A stretch of 60,345 nt of DNA, the filler included, from Fonticula-like sp. SCN 57-25 (lineage: Eukaryota), in NCBI GenBank assembly GCA_001724245.1. It is 3 parts of 3 records of this genome, joined end to end, with 100 filler letters (N's around TTAATTAATTAA, not from the genome) between each part and the next. Parts side by side here need not be neighbours in the genome. Positions count along the whole stretch, not along the records: positions 22,916 to 47,413 come from MEDX01000181.1; positions 47,514 to 60,345 come from MEDX01000182.1; 1 more part is not named here. The stretch is one strand, 5' to 3'. The position numbers were made by a program, and so were the translations under genes. A model generated the notes under the pieces. It was not told the origin of the DNA and did not search any database. It saw only the letters and a list, made by a program, of their open reading frames with translations. Below are positions 40,401 through 53,300 of the stretch, in pieces. Each line of letters opens with the position of its first letter. The stretch's first letter is position 1.

Positions 40401-43053
40401 CGCCATCCTCGAGCCGGGCTGCAGCGGCGCGTCCGACGCCGAGCCAAGCGTGTTTGCCGCATGGCAGCCAAAGGAAATCACCACCCTCGTCGCTGTCGTG
40501 CTCGAGATATACAACACCATGTGCACGTCGGCGTCTGATAACGATCCCGCGTCGCGCTGGATGCTGCCCGACTTTGTGAAGGACGCCATCGCCGCCGCAG
40601 CCGCCGCAGTAAAGGAGCTCGACCTGGACATTGCGACGCAGCGGCAGCACCACACTGTGCTGCACTCTACGGCACGCGACGCAGTCATGCGACACCTCCC
40701 GGCCTACATCGCCAGCATCGCCGCCATCCTGCGGGCAATGCGCTCGGCGCCGCAAATCATCTCGTCAAACGTGACCGTCTTTTGCCAGGATACACTCTCG
40801 CGCCTACTGAGACTGTTCCCGGACGAGCTCGTCTCTGCCATTATGGAGGTACGCGGCGCTTCTTTTGCTGTTCTGCGGCTCACTTTGCGATAGACGTGGG
40901 CGGCGGCGAATATGGCGCGGATTGTGGCCGAGGAGCCGGCGGTCTCTGCTTATGACAACGCGGCGCTCGTGCTGCTCGATGACCTTGCGCCGCGCATTCC
41001 CATCGGGTCGCTCTTGATCGTGGCCGTTCATCTGCTGCGCGACCTTGAGGAGGGCGGGCGGAGCTCCCGCTCCTTTGTGCAGCGCAAGCACATGTGCGCA
41101 CCTTTGCCTTTCCAATTTCCACGACTCACTCTTGATCTAGAACGACCATTGCCGTGCTTCGCTTTGTGGAAGTTTGCTGCCAGCTGTACGGGAATGACGC
41201 GGCCGTGCCTGTCCTTCCGCCTCTCATGTCGCTCGCCCGCGATCTGTGCACGCTCGCGCACCTCCCCCGGCGCCGCCTGCCGCTCATGCTGCGCGCGCTT
41301 GTCGTGTTGCACGGCACCATATCGTGGACGGCCGAAGAAAACTCGGTTCGACTCCTGCGCGAGCTGCAAGAGGTGTACAGCCGCGTGTGCGAGCTGACCT
41401 GCATGATTACTGGCCGCTTGTTTGAGCACTCTTCGTGGCTGCGTCGCGTGGCGTCGCTCCCGGGCGCTGCCCTGCCGAGCGCCGCGCGCTCCGAGCAGGT
41501 CGTCCGCGAAGACGCAGAAATCCCCGAAGCAATGCTGCTCGCCGTCAATCCCGCGGGCGCCCTCGTCTTTGGCGGTGCGTAGCGTGTTATTACTTAAAAG
41601 GCGACTGATGTTTGTTTGTAGATCAAGCGGTTCGAAGCGGCGCGCTCGTGGCCGAGGAGCGGCGCCAGGCATCTGTTCTGCTGCTACTGAGCGAGTTTTT
41701 GGTTCCCAGCCTGCGGCTCGTGCTTGAAGAGGGCGAGCGCGTGCAGGCGATCCTGACGCACCTTCAGACGCATGTGCTTGTGCCGTACTGGCGAAACGCA
41801 CCGCTACGGCGGACGGCGCACGGCGGCGCCTTCATGAAGCTCATGGAGCGCCTCGTGCGCGTTCCGTCGGCGACGCGGCTATGGCGCAAGGACGCATGGG
41901 AAATGTTCCTTGACGCGTCCTTTTTCCCACTCGGCCGCTTTTCGACGCCGCGCACGTACGCCAACATTGTGCAAGTGGCGTGCGCCGCCGACCGCGATCG
42001 CATGGCGGACCTCCTGGCGCGTATGGCGCCCTCGCAGACCGCCGCGCTATTCACGTCGTCGCGCGAGAGCGAAGCAGAGTCGCGATGCGCGCTGCTCAAG
42101 CGCGTGTCTTTTGTGTTGCTAGGCGGGCAGGTCGACGAGTACGTCAAGCTGCTGCCAATTATCTCGGAAAAGATCGTCGAACTGCTCCGCATCGGGCTCA
42201 TTTGGACGCTCGAGGAGACGCTCAGGTGCCTCTCGGTCATGCTCATAAAGTTTTCGCACAAGCATCTCGTCTCCCAGTGGCCCATCGTCCTGACTGAACT
42301 CGTACGCCATTGATGCTGATTGGCTAGGCTAACGGACCATTTTCAGTATCGGATTTTCTCGCCCGCGTCGTCAAAGGACGCGTCGCCGCCGGCGTCCGTC
42401 CTGTGGGCCGCATGCAAGTTTATCGATCTCGCCGCGACGCTGCGCTGCGAAGGGTTCCAAATGTGCGCTATTTTATTTATTGGACCGACGCACTCACACT
42501 CTTTGCTTTTTGCATAGGTTTCAATGGTACTTTTTCGATGAGGTGCTGATGATTCAAGCGCCGCCCAGCAGCAGGAATGACAGCGAGGTGACCGTTCAGC
42601 CGTTCATTAGCGCACTGTCGACGGCGCTCCGAGGCGAGTCTGCCGACGCGCAGCCGTGCACGACACCCCCCTCGCGCCCGCTGCTGCTCCACATCCACAC
42701 CATCACGGCGCTGGAGCCATGCTTCCAGCTCCTCGAGCACTTTTCCCGTACGACCTCAATGCTTTTCAGCGGCATCGCTGACGCGCCACATAGGTCATAT
42801 TCGCGAGCAGAGGCTCAGCCAGGTGGCGCCCGACATGGCGTACATTGAGGAGCAGCTTTTGGTTTCGTTCACCGCGTCCGAGCAGCGCGTGGACAGCGTC
42901 TCGATCATCATGCATGCCAACACGTCGCCGCCAATGGCGCCCATTGTGGCCGCGACGCCGCCCGCACTTCCGCCGCGCGTGTCGCCACCGCAGCCACAGC
43001 CGCAGCAGCAAGCTCACGTGGAGCGGGTACTAGAGGAAGACGACGCACTGTAA
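37416..43053 (+). CDS. DOP1: Dopey family protein (multi-exon)
   Basis: EWQDF, [64 protein letters not shown]. Confidence 0.93.
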
Positions 43054-43153
43054 TTTGAACCATTATTTATTTCATTGTATTATTGGTAATTAAAGGTAAA
43101 AGATGAAGGGTGATGCAACGGGGAAAATCCACAAAAAATGACTCAAAAGATCT

Positions 43154-44818
43154 CTAGATGAGCTCCATGTAGCGCTTGCGCTCCCAGTCGGTCACTGCGA
43201 GGTTGTACTGGCGGCACTCGTGCAGGCGCGTGGCGGCAAAGTGGTCGACAAAGCTGTCGCCAAAGAGCACACGGGCCACCGAATCCTTTGCGGCCATCCT
43301 AAGCACTAGGTGAGCAACAGGAACAAAAGAAACAAATCATGAATATGCGTACTTTACTGTGGCGTCGTAGAGGTTTGTTGGGAGGCGCGGGATGGCCTTG
43401 TCGCTGATATTGTCTCCCTTTGTCTCGGGCTGCAGCTCGAGCTTGTTCTTGATGCCGTAGAGGCCAGCGGCGAGCGCGCCGGCCATGGCCACGTACGCGT
43501 TAATGTCGGCACCACCCACGCGCGTCTCGATGTGAACGGCCTTTTCGCTGGGGTTGATGACGCGGCACGCCGACGTGCGGTTCTCGACGCCCCAGCTGAG
43601 CACGACGGGCGCCCAGTAGTTTTCGACAAGGCGCTTGTAGCTGTTGATTGTGGGCGCGAGCATGGGCATAATGTACGGCAGGCAGTGCAGCTGCCCCGCC
43701 AAAAAGTGGCGCATCAGCGGGCTCATGAGGAGCGGGTCGCTGCCGTCAAAGAAAAGGTTCTTCTTGCCCTCAAGGTCCCACACAGAGTAGTGCGTGTGGC
43801 CAGAGCAGCCAGGAAGATTCTGGTCAGGCTTGGCCATGAACGACGGGGTGATGTTGTGCGCAATGCCAGCCTGCTTGGCGGCAAGCTTGAACAGCTGCGC
43901 GCGGTCCGCGCCTTCAAGGGCCTCAGAGTACTCAATCGCGACTTCAAAGACGCCGGGGCCGGTCTCGGTGTGAAGGCCCTCGAGCGGGACGCCAATCTCG
44001 CGGCTCCAGTCAAAGAGCTTGTCAAAGAACGCCGCGTTCTGCAGCGGGCGAAGCAGAGAGTAGCCAAACATGCCGGGCGTCAGAGGCTTGAGGCCGACGC
44101 CGCCCTTGGCAGCAAGCGACTGCGGCGTCTCTGCGATTTCATGAGAACAAATAGATCGAGCATGTGAGCGCACCATCAAAGCAGTAAAACTCAAACTCGG
44201 CCGACGAATAGGGCTTGTAGCCGAGCTCGGTGTACTGCGCAATGACGGAGCGGAGCAGCGTGCGGGGGCACACGGGGCAAGGCTCACGCGTCGGGAGCGC
44301 AAAGTCGAGCATGAAAAAGGGGATGTTGTTCTGCCACGGAAGGCGACGGAGCTTGTCTGCCTGCACAACTGCGATAATGTCGCCATAGCCTATGGGGCAG
44401 ATTTCGTGGTTAGCGGGGATCCCGTGCGGGGGGGGACCACGTGTACCCGTGTCGGCGGTCGAAAACTCTGTGTTCTCGTACGTCTTGTCGTGGAGATCCC
44501 AGCCAAAGACAACGCTGCAAAAGCCTATCGCGCGCGCAAAGTATGAGCCAAGCGGTATGCAACAAGATATATAGCGGCAAAGGCGCACCAAAGCCGCGCT
44601 CCCTCAGCGCGCTCTGGAGCTTCTTCTTGGAGATGACCTTGCCGCGGAACACGCCATCAATATCGGTTCCGGCAACTTGGATCTAGCGCCCAAGTTAAGC
44701 ATCCTGCATACAACCGAGTGCCGCATCTCTTCTGGCGCACCTTTTCATCGTCCGCAAGGGCCGCCAAAAGCCTCTCGATCGCCTCCTTCTCCTGCTGCAG
44801 CGCGACTTCGGCCGTCAT
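43154..44818 (-). CDS. Glutamine synthetase type I-like gamma-glutamyl ligase (GlnA4-like; multi-exon)
   Basis: DIDGVFRGK, FCSVVFGWD, GLHTETGPGVFE, FMAKP...GCSGHTH, NSYKRLVENYWAP, ETRVGGADIN, VTDWERKRY. Confidence 0.9.
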
Positions 44819-45011
44819 CGTGCAAAACGCGCAGGGACCTTGGCACACCAACCGGTTTCAGCCAATCAAATTCCTTGGCTGGTCCGGCCGACCAATCACG
44901 TCGGTCTCCTGTCCACTTCAGTGTGAAATTGCGCTAGTTTCACACGTTGTCATCGCGCCACGCTTGGATCCCCCGGTTTTCCAACTTTTGCGAGCAGATT
45001 TCAAAGCGAAT

Positions 45012-45878
45012 ATGGGCCGTCTCGATAACAAGGTTGCCATTATCACTGGCGCTGGCAGCGGCATTGGCCGCGAGGCTACGCTCCTCTTCACGCGCGAAGG
45101 CGCCCAGGTGATCGCCGCTGATCTTAACCTGGAGACCGCTCAGGAGGCCGCCCGCCTCGCCAACGAGCAGGGCGCCGGCAAGGCGATCGCCCTCAAGGTC
45201 GACGTCTCCAAGGAGGCTGACCTCGAGGCCGCCGTCGCGCTCGCTGAGAAGGAGTTTGGCAAGCTCAACGTCATCTTTAACAACGCCGGCATCATGCACC
45301 CGGCCGACGACAACGCCCTCACCACGCCCGAGCACATCTGGGACCTCACCATGAACATCAACGTCAAGGGTGCGCCTTGTTTTTCTCACGCACGCATTTG
45401 GCTCATATTTTCCTTTTTGTTTTTAGGTGTCTGGTTCGGCTGCAAGCACGCTATCCCCGCCATGCGCCGCGCCGGCGGCGGCAGCATCATCAACACCGCC
45501 TCGTTCGTCGCCCACCTTGGCGCCGCCACCCCGCAGCTCGCGTACACCGCGTCCAAGGGCGCCGTCATGTCGATGACGCGCGAGCTCGCCGTCATTCACG
45601 CCCGCGAGAACATTCGCGTGAACGCGATCTGCCCCGGCCCGCTCCGCACTCCCCTCCTCATGGAGTTCCTCGACACCCCCGAGAAGAAGGAGCGCCGCCT
45701 CGTGCACGTGCCCGTCGGCCGCTTCGGCGAGGCCCGCGAGATCGCCTACTCGGCCGTCTTCCTCGCGTCGGACGAGTCGAGCTTCACCACCGGAACCGAC
45801 TTTTCGGTCGATGGCGGCATCCGCGCCGCCTACGTCACGCCCCTCGGCGAGACCACCTCTACCCCGGTCGCCTACTAG
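45012..45878 (+). CDS. Short-chain dehydrogenase/reductase (one intron, about 45370-45426)
   Basis: TGAGSGIG, NNAG, YTASK catalytic motif; ends AAYVTPL. Confidence 0.95.
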   Translation: MGRLDNKVAIITGAGSGIGREATLLFTREGAQVIAADLNLETAQEAARLANEQGAGKAIALKVDVSKEADLEAAVALAEKEFGKLNVIFNNAGIMHPADDNALTTPEHIWDLTMNINVKGAPCFSHARIWLIFSFLFLGVWFGCKHAIPAMRRAGGGSIINTASFVAHLGAATPQLAYTASKGAVMSMTRELAVIHARENIRVNAICPGPLRTPLLMEFLDTPEKKERRLVHVPVGRFGEAREIAYSAVFLASDESSFTTGTDFSVDGGIRAAYVTPLGETTSTPVAY

Positions 45879-45989
45879 AGCGAGCGACTAAAACATACAC
45901 AATTGCAATGAATGTACCCCACTAAAATGGCGCACGTTTTCCCCTTTTTCATTGCCCCTTTCACATTCACTTTAAAACTTAAAACACCA

Positions 45990-47365
45990 CACATATCGAT
46001 CCGAGAACATTTCAGGCAATGAAATCCGAAATTCGAAACTGGAAATCGAAACTAACGTTGTGGAGTTTGCCTGTCCACACGCCATTTGAAGGCCGTTTTA
46101 GGAATGGTTATGATAAGGACACGTCTGCTACGGGCCCCAGTATTCAATTCTTTCATATTCGCGCACTCTCTACGCCATTACAGCCTTTTCAAGCTTGCTA
46201 ACTCGAAAGTGAACATCCAGTTTGCGCCTCATACACTTTCAAACCAACTCAAAAATACAAAGCACCGATCAAAGCGATTTTCAGAACGGATTGTGAATAC
46301 AGTTTGGAGCCCTGCTACGTCGAATCTGAAATTCGAAACTGAAATTCGAAATTATGCTCTGCAAACGCCACTCTGGAGACAGTTTCTGTATTGGTTATGA
46401 TAAGAACACGTCCGCCACAGGCCTCAGTACGTATTTCCCGCACATTTGAGCACTTTCCGGACCATTGCGGCCTCTTCAAGCTTCCGTACTCGAAAGTGAA
46501 CATCACTCGAAAGTGAACATCTGAAGTTCGAAACTAAATTTTGGATTTTGCCTGACCAAACGCCACTTTCAACGCAGTTTAGTAATGGTTATGATAAGAA
46601 CACGTCTGTTACACGTCCCAGTACTCAATTCTCTCACATTTGCGCACTCTCTACGTTATTACAGCCTCTTCAAGCTTCCTTATTCGAAAGTGTACATCCA
46701 GTTTGCTGAAGACCTCGTACACTTTCAGATTCACTTGACCCAGCTCAAAAATGCCATTTATCGATCAAAACGATTTTCAGGAAGGATTGTGAATACAGTT
46801 TCGCGAATCTGAAATTCGAAATCCGAAATTCGAAATTACTTTTGGATTTCTTGCACAAGACGCCACTTTGGCGACAGCTTTAGTACTGGTTGTGACATAA
46901 ATACGTCTGTTGTAGGCCCAGAGACTCAATTGCCTCACATTTGGGCACTTTCCGGACCATTGCGGCCTCTTCAAGCTTCTGTACTCGAAAGTGAACATCT
47001 GAAATCCGAAACTAGTTTTGGATTTTGCCTGTCCAAACGCCACTTTGGTCAAAGTTATAGCATTATTGAGACGTGGGCACGTCTGTTACAGCCACCAATG
47101 CTCAATTCCCGCAAATTTGAGCACTTTCTGAACCTTACAGCCTCTTATTGCTTCTTTACTCGAAAGTGAACATCCAGTTTCAGTTTGCGAAAGACCTCAT
47201 CCACTGAAACCACCTCAAAAATACCATGAATCGATCAAAGTGATTTTCAAAAGGGATTGCGTATGCATGCTACGTCAAATCTGAAATTCGAATCTGAAAT
47301 TCGAATCTGAAATTCAGGGCTGTGCTACGTCAAATCCGAAATTGAAAAAAAAACGAATCTGAAAT
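45990..47365. repeat. AT-rich non-coding higher-order tandem repeat (about 478-bp unit built from about 176-bp monomers)
   Basis: Anchor (C/T)TCGAAAGTG(A/T)ACATC at 46202, 46489, 46506, 46683, 46984 and 47159; recurrent CGCCACT, ACACGTC and GAAATTCGAA motifs. Confidence 0.85.
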
Positions 47366-47413
47366 TTATGATTGGTCAATTTGGTGATGACGTCGGAATC
47401 CAAAATTCCACCC

Positions 47414-47513
47414 NNNNNNNNNNNNNNNNNNNNNNNNNNNNNNNNNNNNNNNNNNNNTTAATTAATTAANNNNNNNNNNNNNNNNNNNNNNNNNNNNNNN
47501 NNNNNNNNNNNNN
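47414..47513. other. Artificial contig linker
   Basis: N44-TTAATTAATTAA-N44. Confidence 0.98.
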
Positions 47514-48688
47514 AGGTCCTCGGCGTCCTTCTTGGCGAGCGCCATGTCGACATTGGGGTTCTCGTCGCGGTTGGCCTGCAGCAGCGACACGAGAAGGCGC
47601 TTAAAGTGGCCCGAGGTCTCGCTCATGACGGCGTCCTCGAGGTTCTTGCCGCGCTTCATGCGGTACGCCTGCTTGATGGCCTTGATTTCGGCGTTGGTGC
47701 GCGTGCTCAGGATCTCAATGAGGCATGCCTCGTTGGTGCCGGCACCGTCCATCGCCTTGAAGAGGCACCACGCGTCATAGTCGGCGGGCGCCTTGAGGCG
47801 GCCGCACACGACCTTGCGGAAGTTGCCGCTGATCTCGCTGCGGAGGTCCTTCTCGAGGTCCTTGCCGTACATCGTCTTGAACTGGAGGCTCACGGCGCGC
47901 AGCTGCTCATTCGTGCGGCTGCCAAAGATCTCAATGATCGGGGCCTCATCCGTGCCAAAGCCCTTCATGGCCTTGCGGAGCACCTCGGCGTCCTTGCCGG
48001 CATCAAAGCCAGGGAACTTGCGGACCGACGGCTTGGGCGGGACGAAAACGGCCGCCGCGGGGGCAGCGCCGTAGCCCTGTTGCGGCGGGGCACCGTAGCC
48101 CTGCTGCGGCGGGGCGCCATACGCCTGCTGAGGCGCGGCGCCATAGGGCTGCGGCGGCGGGGCACCGTAAGGCTGAGCCGGGGGGGCGGCACCATAAGGC
48201 TGCGCCGGGGGGGCGGCACCATAGGGCTGCTGCGGCGGAGCACCGTAAGGCGTGGGCTGCTGCGGCGGGGCACCGTAAGGCGCAGGCTGCTGCGGCGGGG
48301 CGCCGTAGCCGGGCTGGGGGGCGCCGTGGGCCGGGTAGCCCTGCTGCGGAGCGGGGTAGCCCTGAGGGGCGCCATGCGCCGGGTAGCCCTGCTGGGGAGC
48401 CGGGTAACCCTGGGGGGCGCCGTGGGCGGGGTAGCCCTGCTGCGGGTAGCCAGCCGGGGGGGCGTTATAGCCGGGCTGCGGCGGGTACCCAGGCTGCGGG
48501 GGGTAGCCAGGCTGCGGCGGGTAGCCGCCCTGATCCGGCAGGGGCGCGAAGCCAGGGGCAGCCTAGGAAAACGGGGAAGCGTGAGGACAACGGGCAAAGG
48601 AAAGGGCGTGTATAGGTGCAAAATGGGGCGAAAAGGAGGCACGTACGGGGCCCTGGGGGTTCCAGTTGTTGGGCGGGGGGTAGGCCAT
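47514..48688 (-). CDS. Annexin A7/A11-like protein with P/G/Y/Q-rich N-terminus (3' end cut by contig end)
   Basis: [32 protein letters not shown] annexin repeats; QQGYP and YGAPPQQ repeats; intron after [14 protein letters not shown]. Confidence 0.95.
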
Positions 48689-48918
48689 CCTTGAGCAGAC
48701 AGGGAAGGTCAAAGCAAGGAGTGTGAGAAAACGAAATGAAAACACGCTAGTGGGGAACTACGGGTTGACCTGATTGGTCAATCTATGGGTGCTACCTCCA
48801 AAAAAGGAGCGGAATATGGTGGATCAGACCAAATTGGGAGAACGAAGCACCAAATTTGGTAGTTTTCTGACACATCACCGACTCGGAGGTAGGCGGCTTC
48901 CGAGCGCTGCAGGGCGAC

Positions 48919-49984
48919 ATGGGCAACTCCAAGGCGACGCCGTTTTACTTTGGCGGCCTCGCGTCGTGCATGGCCGCCGTCGTGACGCACCCGCTTGACT
49001 TGATCAAGGTTAGGCTGCAGGCGTACAAGGGAGGCGATGGAAAGAAGCCGGGCATGGTCAAGGTGCGCCTGGCTGTTGACGTGGCGGCAGCGTGCATCGC
49101 GTGCTTAACCGATTGCATAGATGGCGACGATGCTTGTGCGCAACGAGGGTTTCATTCACCTGTACGACGGGTTGTCGGCGTCGCTCCTGCGGCAGGCGAC
49201 GTACTCGACTGTGCGCTTTGGAGCGTACGATTTTCTAAAGGCGAACCTCGGCTTCTCCGGCGAGTGTACGAACGCAGCTTTTCCAGTCACCCTTACTGAC
49301 GGCGTACGGTAGCCTCCTTCCTTGTCAAGGTGGTGCTTGCTATGGGAGCCGGTGCCGCGGGCGGCGTTGTGGGAAGCCCCGCTGACCTGACCAATATCCG
49401 CATGCAGAATGACGGCCGCCTGCCGGTGGAGCAGCGGCGAAACTACAAGAACGCTATCGATGGGCTTGTGCGCATCACGCGAGATGAGGGCGTCCTCGCT
49501 CTGTGGCGCGGCGTCGGCGCGAATGTCAACCGCGCCATGCTCATGACCGCTTCGCAAGTCGCGACGTATGATCAGTTCAAGGACCTCCTCGTCGGCACTG
49601 GGTTTGTCTCGCTCGTGCATTTTTCGGTTTTCTAACCTTTATCAACAGCAAGTTTGGCTCGGATACGCTTGTGACCCACTTTAGCGCGAGCTTCCTTGCA
49701 GTACGCCCTTGCGTGCATGTTATCGGCTGATGCTCACCATTGAACAGGGTCTGGTGGCCACCACTGTTTGCTCGCCGGTGGACGTGATCAAGACGCGCGT
49801 CATGAACGACAAGGGTGGCGAATACAAGAGCGCCATTGATTGCTTTACCAAGACTGTGCGCAGCGAGGGCCCCGGCGCGCTCTTCAAGGGGTGGCTCCCC
49901 TCGTACATCCGCCTCGGCCCGCAGACCGTCCTGACCTTTGTCTTTTTGGAACAACTCAAGGCGCTCTACTTCCGGTTCAATTAG
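48919..49984 (+). CDS. DIC1: Mitochondrial dicarboxylate carrier (SLC25A10-like; multi-exon)
   Basis: PFYFGGLASCMAAVVTHPLDLIKVRLQ, GLSASLLRQATYSTVRFG, RMQND, SPVDVIKTR, RLGPQTVLTF. Confidence 0.92.
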
Positions 49985-50394
49985 ACTGCCAAGCCAAGCG
50001 GATTAAAAACCAATTTTGCCGGCTGGCGCACGGAATGTTGCGCGGCCAATGAATTATGGAATGTAAAAGACCCTGCACGTGCAAATATAGAGGCCTCTCA
50101 CTGAACAAAACCTCCCGAAAGCCGGCCCAAAGATAGCAACGGTTTATTACGAATTCTAGGGGGCCATTAGGGGGCGCCGGTATGCGTCAAAGCCGCTTCG
50201 GTTCTGTACCCTATACGGTATAATTGCCGACGAGCCCCGTGTCTAGTACTTTTATCTATTCTCGGCATATGTCGGGCAGGGGATCCGCTCAAATTGGGCA
50301 AATCGGGCAAATTGCAAACTACGAACGATCGGTATAAAAGCAAACTGCAAACTGCAAGGTTCCTCCACGACGATACGGGGGCCTGCGGACCACC

Positions 50395-53300
50395 ATGTCG
50401 AAGGGGCTGCCCAACTTTCTGACGAATGTCATCGAGGTTGCCTTGACGGCCCTCACCTTTGAGCGGAGAAGCGTGGTCGATGCCGACGTTCGAAGGATCC
50501 TCGCTCAGCACTGCGGCGAGTACGTTGCCTTTGCATTTGGATCCGCTCTTTCTGACCGCGTCCAAAAATAGGATCGCCGACTTTCAGACACAATGGACGC
50601 AGTTCATCATGGAGCGCGTGCCGGCCGATCGCGTTCACATCAAGGAAAAGCTGCTCAAGGCGTTCACGTTGATCGAGGAGCAGCGCGAGCCTCTTTTGCA
50701 GCATCTGATGAAGGAAGCCACAAAACCCGCCGAGTACTTTTCCACTTTTATGGGCTTTTTTGACAAGCTTGCCCTCGAGTGCTGCGACGCCTACGACGTT
50801 GGTGTGTGGAGCTTTTCCGCCGAGATCAAAGAGTCAATTTCTGCGCCGCGCGAGCACAGCAAGATGCTCGCCGATGCCAAGACCGATCGGCCAAAGATGC
50901 TCGAGGCTTTCCAGTTGCTGACCGTTTCGATCGTCAAGCTCGCCGAGGCCGTGAAGTGCGCATTTTTACGCCCTTTGCTCTCGTCTTTTTCTAACGCCCC
51001 CTTCCAGCTTTCTTCAGCTTCAGCTTTTTGTGGACCCCGTGACGTCGACGAGCCTCGGATCGAACCACGAGTCGCTGGTCGAGGTCAACAGCTCGCTTGC
51101 CGACACGCTGAACCAGCTGTTTGAGACGACCGAAGGGAGCGCCGAGGAAACCGCCAAAATAGAAGTTCTCGGCGACCTCCAGCGCCAGCTGCTCCTCACG
51201 ATTGCCGATCTTGAAGAATCGAACGAGGCGCGCCTCAAGGCCCAGGGCGATGTGCGCCACCGCGTGTACTATGAAAAGGCGATGGCGGACGCGCGCACCT
51301 TTTCAAAGACGCTCAAGGACGCGCTGGACGACCGCCTCGCCATGATCAAGAGCAACGGCGCCAAGGGCCGCATGGACGCTCTTTTTGCCAAGGAAGGCGG
51401 CGCGCCGACGCCGTCGCAGTCGGCGCTCGCCAACGCGTCGGACGTGATTGACGGGGCGCTGGCCGCCGTGTACTACAACATGTCCATGCGCGAAAATGTT
51501 GGCGAGCTGCGCGGCGCCGTCGAGGAAGCGAGCACTGCGCTGACGACTGTTCCGCAAAACATCACCCAGCTGCTGATTGACGAGACCAAGTCACTCAACG
51601 ACATGGCGGAGCGCACGGCGGTCCTCATTGATGGCTGCGTGGCGTCAATCAACACGGCCTTTGGCGAGCTCACCGGCGGTAACTCCAAGCTCAAGATGCA
51701 AAAGAACCTCGATCAGGCGGTCAAGGTGCTCTGCACGCAGCTTGAGACCGTGCTCGACGCGACGGCCCTGACGATCGACGTGAACCTGTTTGGCGACGAG
51801 GGCACACGGACGATGCGCGAGCTCCTCCGCTCCCGCATGCAGCTTGTGCTCAACCTGGGCACAACGTCGGTCAGCGAAAACATCAACGTTGTCGCGAGCG
51901 TCATGACGGAGCAGGCCGAGAAGCTGGCGCTCTACGCGCAGGAGCTGCGCAAGAAGCCCGAGCTCTGCAGCCAGCTTATCGTCATGATTGCGACCGAGCT
52001 GTCCAACATTGTGTCGAGCAGCAAGCTCAACGTGACGAACGCGATGAACAATCTCATTGTCGGCGGCTTTTCGGGCGGCACCGAGAACGCGCTCATGGTC
52101 GCCGTCGACGGGATTGCCGTCGTGAGCGACGTTTCCAAGGCGCTGCTGCCCGGCCTCGTTGAAAACGAGCCCACGAACGAGCAGGACATTTCGCCGCTGT
52201 ACCTTCAGGCGATCGACCAGCTCAAGCTGCTCGACACGGTGCGCAAGCTGTTCAACGTGCAGGCCAAGCTGCCCGACATGTACGGCAAGACGCGCAAGGA
52301 GGTGGAAGTGGAGCCGATCACGACGAATGTCAAGCTGCGCGAGAGCGCGTCCGAAAACATCAAGCTGCGCGGCCTGCAAATGTTCCAGGCGGCGACGCCC
52401 GCCAAGGTGGAGAAGGCGCCGCCCAAGCGCCTCAGCATGATCACACCGGTCGCGCCTGTTGCCGTTGCCGCGCAGACGTCGGATGACGCCAACATCTGGA
52501 CCGAGAAGGGCTCTGTCAAGATTGTGGGCCACGCCGGCGTGATGAGCGGCCAGGCGAACCAGCTGCTCATCTACCTGACGGCGCCCGGCGGCGCGAGCGA
52601 AGACACTGCGCTCGGCCTCGCGTTCGTCAAGGCCTGCCTGTCGACGTACCACACGTTTATCACGCCTGAGCAGATGCTCGCCAAGCTCATTGAGCGGTTC
52701 CGCGTGCCGCCGCCGGCCAAGGACGCGCCCGACCGCTCGACGTACAAGACGGCCGTCGAGCAGCCGATCCAGCTCAAGGTGAGCAACATGATCAAGCGTC
52801 TGCTGACGATGCGCGGCGACCACGACCTCGCGCGCCTCCCCGAGCTGCGCTTTATGTTTGCCGAGTTTGTCGCGCAGCTCAAGGCGAACCCGACGACGCA
52901 GTTTATCGGCAACAACATTCAAAAGACGCTGTCGGTGCTCGAACAGGACGAGCGCTTCCTGTACCGCCAGCGGATCGCCGGCGGGTGGGTGCCGACGGAC
53001 CTGGCCAACTTTGGCGAAGTCAAGATCCAGTCGGCGGAGCAGTTTGTGCGCCACTTTAACCCGTCGGACCTCGCCAAGCAGATCACGCTGCTCGACGCCG
53101 AAATGTTTACGGCGATTGGCATTGAGGAGCTGCACAACGCGGCCGCGACGCTCACGTTTGACAAGGAAGACGGTCTCGGCCTCATGACGACGTCGGGCTC
53201 GGCCAGCAACTCGCCGGGCGCGCTTCGGCGGTCGTCGTCCGTGTCGTCGACGGCGTCGGGCATCTCGACGATGACGGTTTCGAGCACGGCGACGCCCGCA

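Noticed and set aside
45990-47365. CRISPR array, heat-shock element cluster or coding ORFs in the AT-rich repeat
   Set aside because: Inter-repeat sequences are homologous rather than unique; GAAATTCGAA lacks nGAAnnTTCn spacing; the ORFs are short and not protein-like.
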